Source: Mytilus trossulus
Taxonomy: Eukaryota
NCBI RefSeq assembly: GCF_036588685.1
Contig: NC_086382.1
Span: 48,360,001-48,424,000, forward strand
Reading direction: 5' to 3'
DNA length: 64,000 nt
In this document: positions 61,997 through 64,000 of the stretch, one piece after another
How positions within the stretch are numbered: the first letter of the stretch is position 1
Layout of the letters: each line of letters starts with the position of its first letter
Program-made: the position numbers and the translations under genes
The notes under the pieces: model-generated
Databases searched by the model: none
Told to the model about the DNA's origin: nothing
What the model saw: the letters and a program-made list of their open reading frames with translations, nothing else

Positions 61997-64000
61997 TAAT
62001 CCCTTCCCTCGCAATAAGAACGCAAGTTCGGAAAATACGATAATCCTTCTTCGTTTATGCTATTATGAATCCAGTAGTTCCTTGTTAAGTTTTTGGTAAC
62101 CATCACCACATATATAGTTCATAAAATTCGGCAAGTCTAACATCTGAATATAATAAGTTCATTACATTCATCAAGTCAAATAGCTTGATATATTTACACA
62201 TAGTTCATTCGAATCACAAGTTCAATATTTCGGTATACATAGTTCATGTTTTATTTCCGTCACCATCATAGTATGTTGTTCCTCAATATTTGGTAGTGTA
62301 CAAGTGTCGGTCATCATCATCTCCATTACGTAGTATTTGACGCATCTAGCTGGTTGGTTCGTCCTTTTTAAGAGTCTGTTAACATCTTCATTGTGTTAAG
62401 TTTGGTCCTTGATCAATGGCGCAGAGGAAGACATCTCTCTGGAATCAGTAACATCTATTCTAACCAATTGCGAAGACACCATTTTTTTTTTCAATTGTTC
62501 GTGGCATTAGAACCAGAACTCACAATATTCTTTTTGGCTAACCAAGATATATTCTTAATTAATTAACAGTACAAACATATGGCTATTCCAATGAAGATCG
62601 CACCTAAACCCACTGATAAACTTATCTCACTTTGGAAAAACTAAAACTTGTTTACTCCCCCTTATTTCTTTTTTTTATTTATCATCTATCCGATTATTGA
62701 TAGTTTGTTCACTCGCCTTGAGTTCGCAGGATTGTCCAAGCCTAACAATATTTTGCAAAACCAGTTCTCGATATAAATCAATACAATACGTTCTTTATTT
62801 ATATCGAATTATCCGTTTAAACAAAAAATAAATAAAATCGGGAATCTGTCGCATACAACTTCTACAAGTTTAGAAATCCTACATAATAAAAACCAAAAAA
62901 TATGTGTATTTACACAAGACGAAAAAAAAATCATTAATTTACAATAAAAAAAATTCAATTCGATCATGTTATATAACCCCTACACCTACATGATACTTAT
63001 AAAAAAAAAAACATTTATGACTACTTATGAACAAAACACATCGTAAAGAATCTTTTTTCAACTCCTTAATTAATTATTTCCTTTTTTTTTTTTATCTTAA
63101 TTTATAATAATAATCCTCCTGATTGCTTATGAAAATTTAAAGCTAGTCTTCCTTTTATATCTATTATATATTTCATTAACATTTTTGTCATTAGTTCTGA
63201 AGTTCATATGTCGCTCATTTTTTCTTTACAAAATCAGTCTACTGCAACAATACTAGTAAATCCCTAAGGGCAAACATATCCATGTTTTTCTTTAATGTGC
63301 TACTTTATGAAGATACTTCTCTTAATCTATTAACAATATGTAAATATGGCGTAATCTAACACCATAAACAACTTGCACCATTTAATAACTTAACATCACT
63401 TATGTTAATCATCCGAAGAAGGGGTTGGAATCTAAAATTATAGACTATTTGTTTTCTCTAAACAAATGTGCGTAAACACTACCCAACTGCGAAACCATCA
63501 CCCAATGGCTCTAACACGCAAACAATGTATCCTCAAAGTACCCTTAACTTCATCTACCAAAGGTTCTAAATCAACTTTTATTTACACCGGTGCTCTACTT
63601 ATTTTACGTAAAATACATATTTTCTAGAATAATTGAATGTATCTTCAAAAAACTAACTCATAATATGATCAAAACAAAAACCCAAAATACCTCCAAAAAA
63701 TGATATTGTATCAAGACATATTTACTTGTTTTTTTTTACATATTACTCTCAACAAAAACTAGCTTCTTCAAACTTAAAAAAAAATATATTTTTTAAGAAT
63801 CATATTATATAATTTATCCTATCTATTAAATAACAGCCGATAAAAATAACACTTAAAAAATAACCTTGTTCTCTAATAAAAAAAATGTGTATAATATTCA
63901 TAGTTTTTTAATCGACCTATAATACCTTCAAATATACCTAATAAAAACAATTTGTTCCTACCACAACTCGTGACAAAACTTCTGATTTTAAGCATTTTAA

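Overview
AT-rich, intron-containing animal genomic DNA. The repeat families and gene content suggest a bivalve mollusc, probably a Mytilus mussel (inference). There are three host genes: a 6-exon rapsyn-like TPR/RING-H2 gene (+, 4733-12632), a 315-aa uncharacterised basic ORF (-, 17084-18031), and a 3-exon PAN/apple + F-type lectin gene with a 1-nt frameshift (-, 32404-47733). The rest is a dense, often nested transposon landscape. Highlight 1 is an apparently intact 6.4-kb Kolobok-type DNA transposon (48140-54538; TTAA TSD, 39-bp TIRs). It carries two convergent spliced genes: an 8-exon THAP-DDE transposase (780 aa) and a 3-exon 193-aa partner that is a stand-alone homologue of the P2X7 receptor cytoplasmic ballast domain. 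Highlight 2 is a tandem ~352-356-nt retrozyme-like array (31051-31829) with three type I hammerhead ribozymes and a second conserved structured-RNA module. Also present: a Ginger2-like integrase element, a Tc1 relic, nested MITEs, long-hairpin elements, Penelope and CR1-like RT scraps, an LTR with PPT, and a 46-bp minisatellite with higher-order structure. Exon boundaries were derived by hand from GT-AG sites and frame continuity. Family names come from motif recognition, not database searches.
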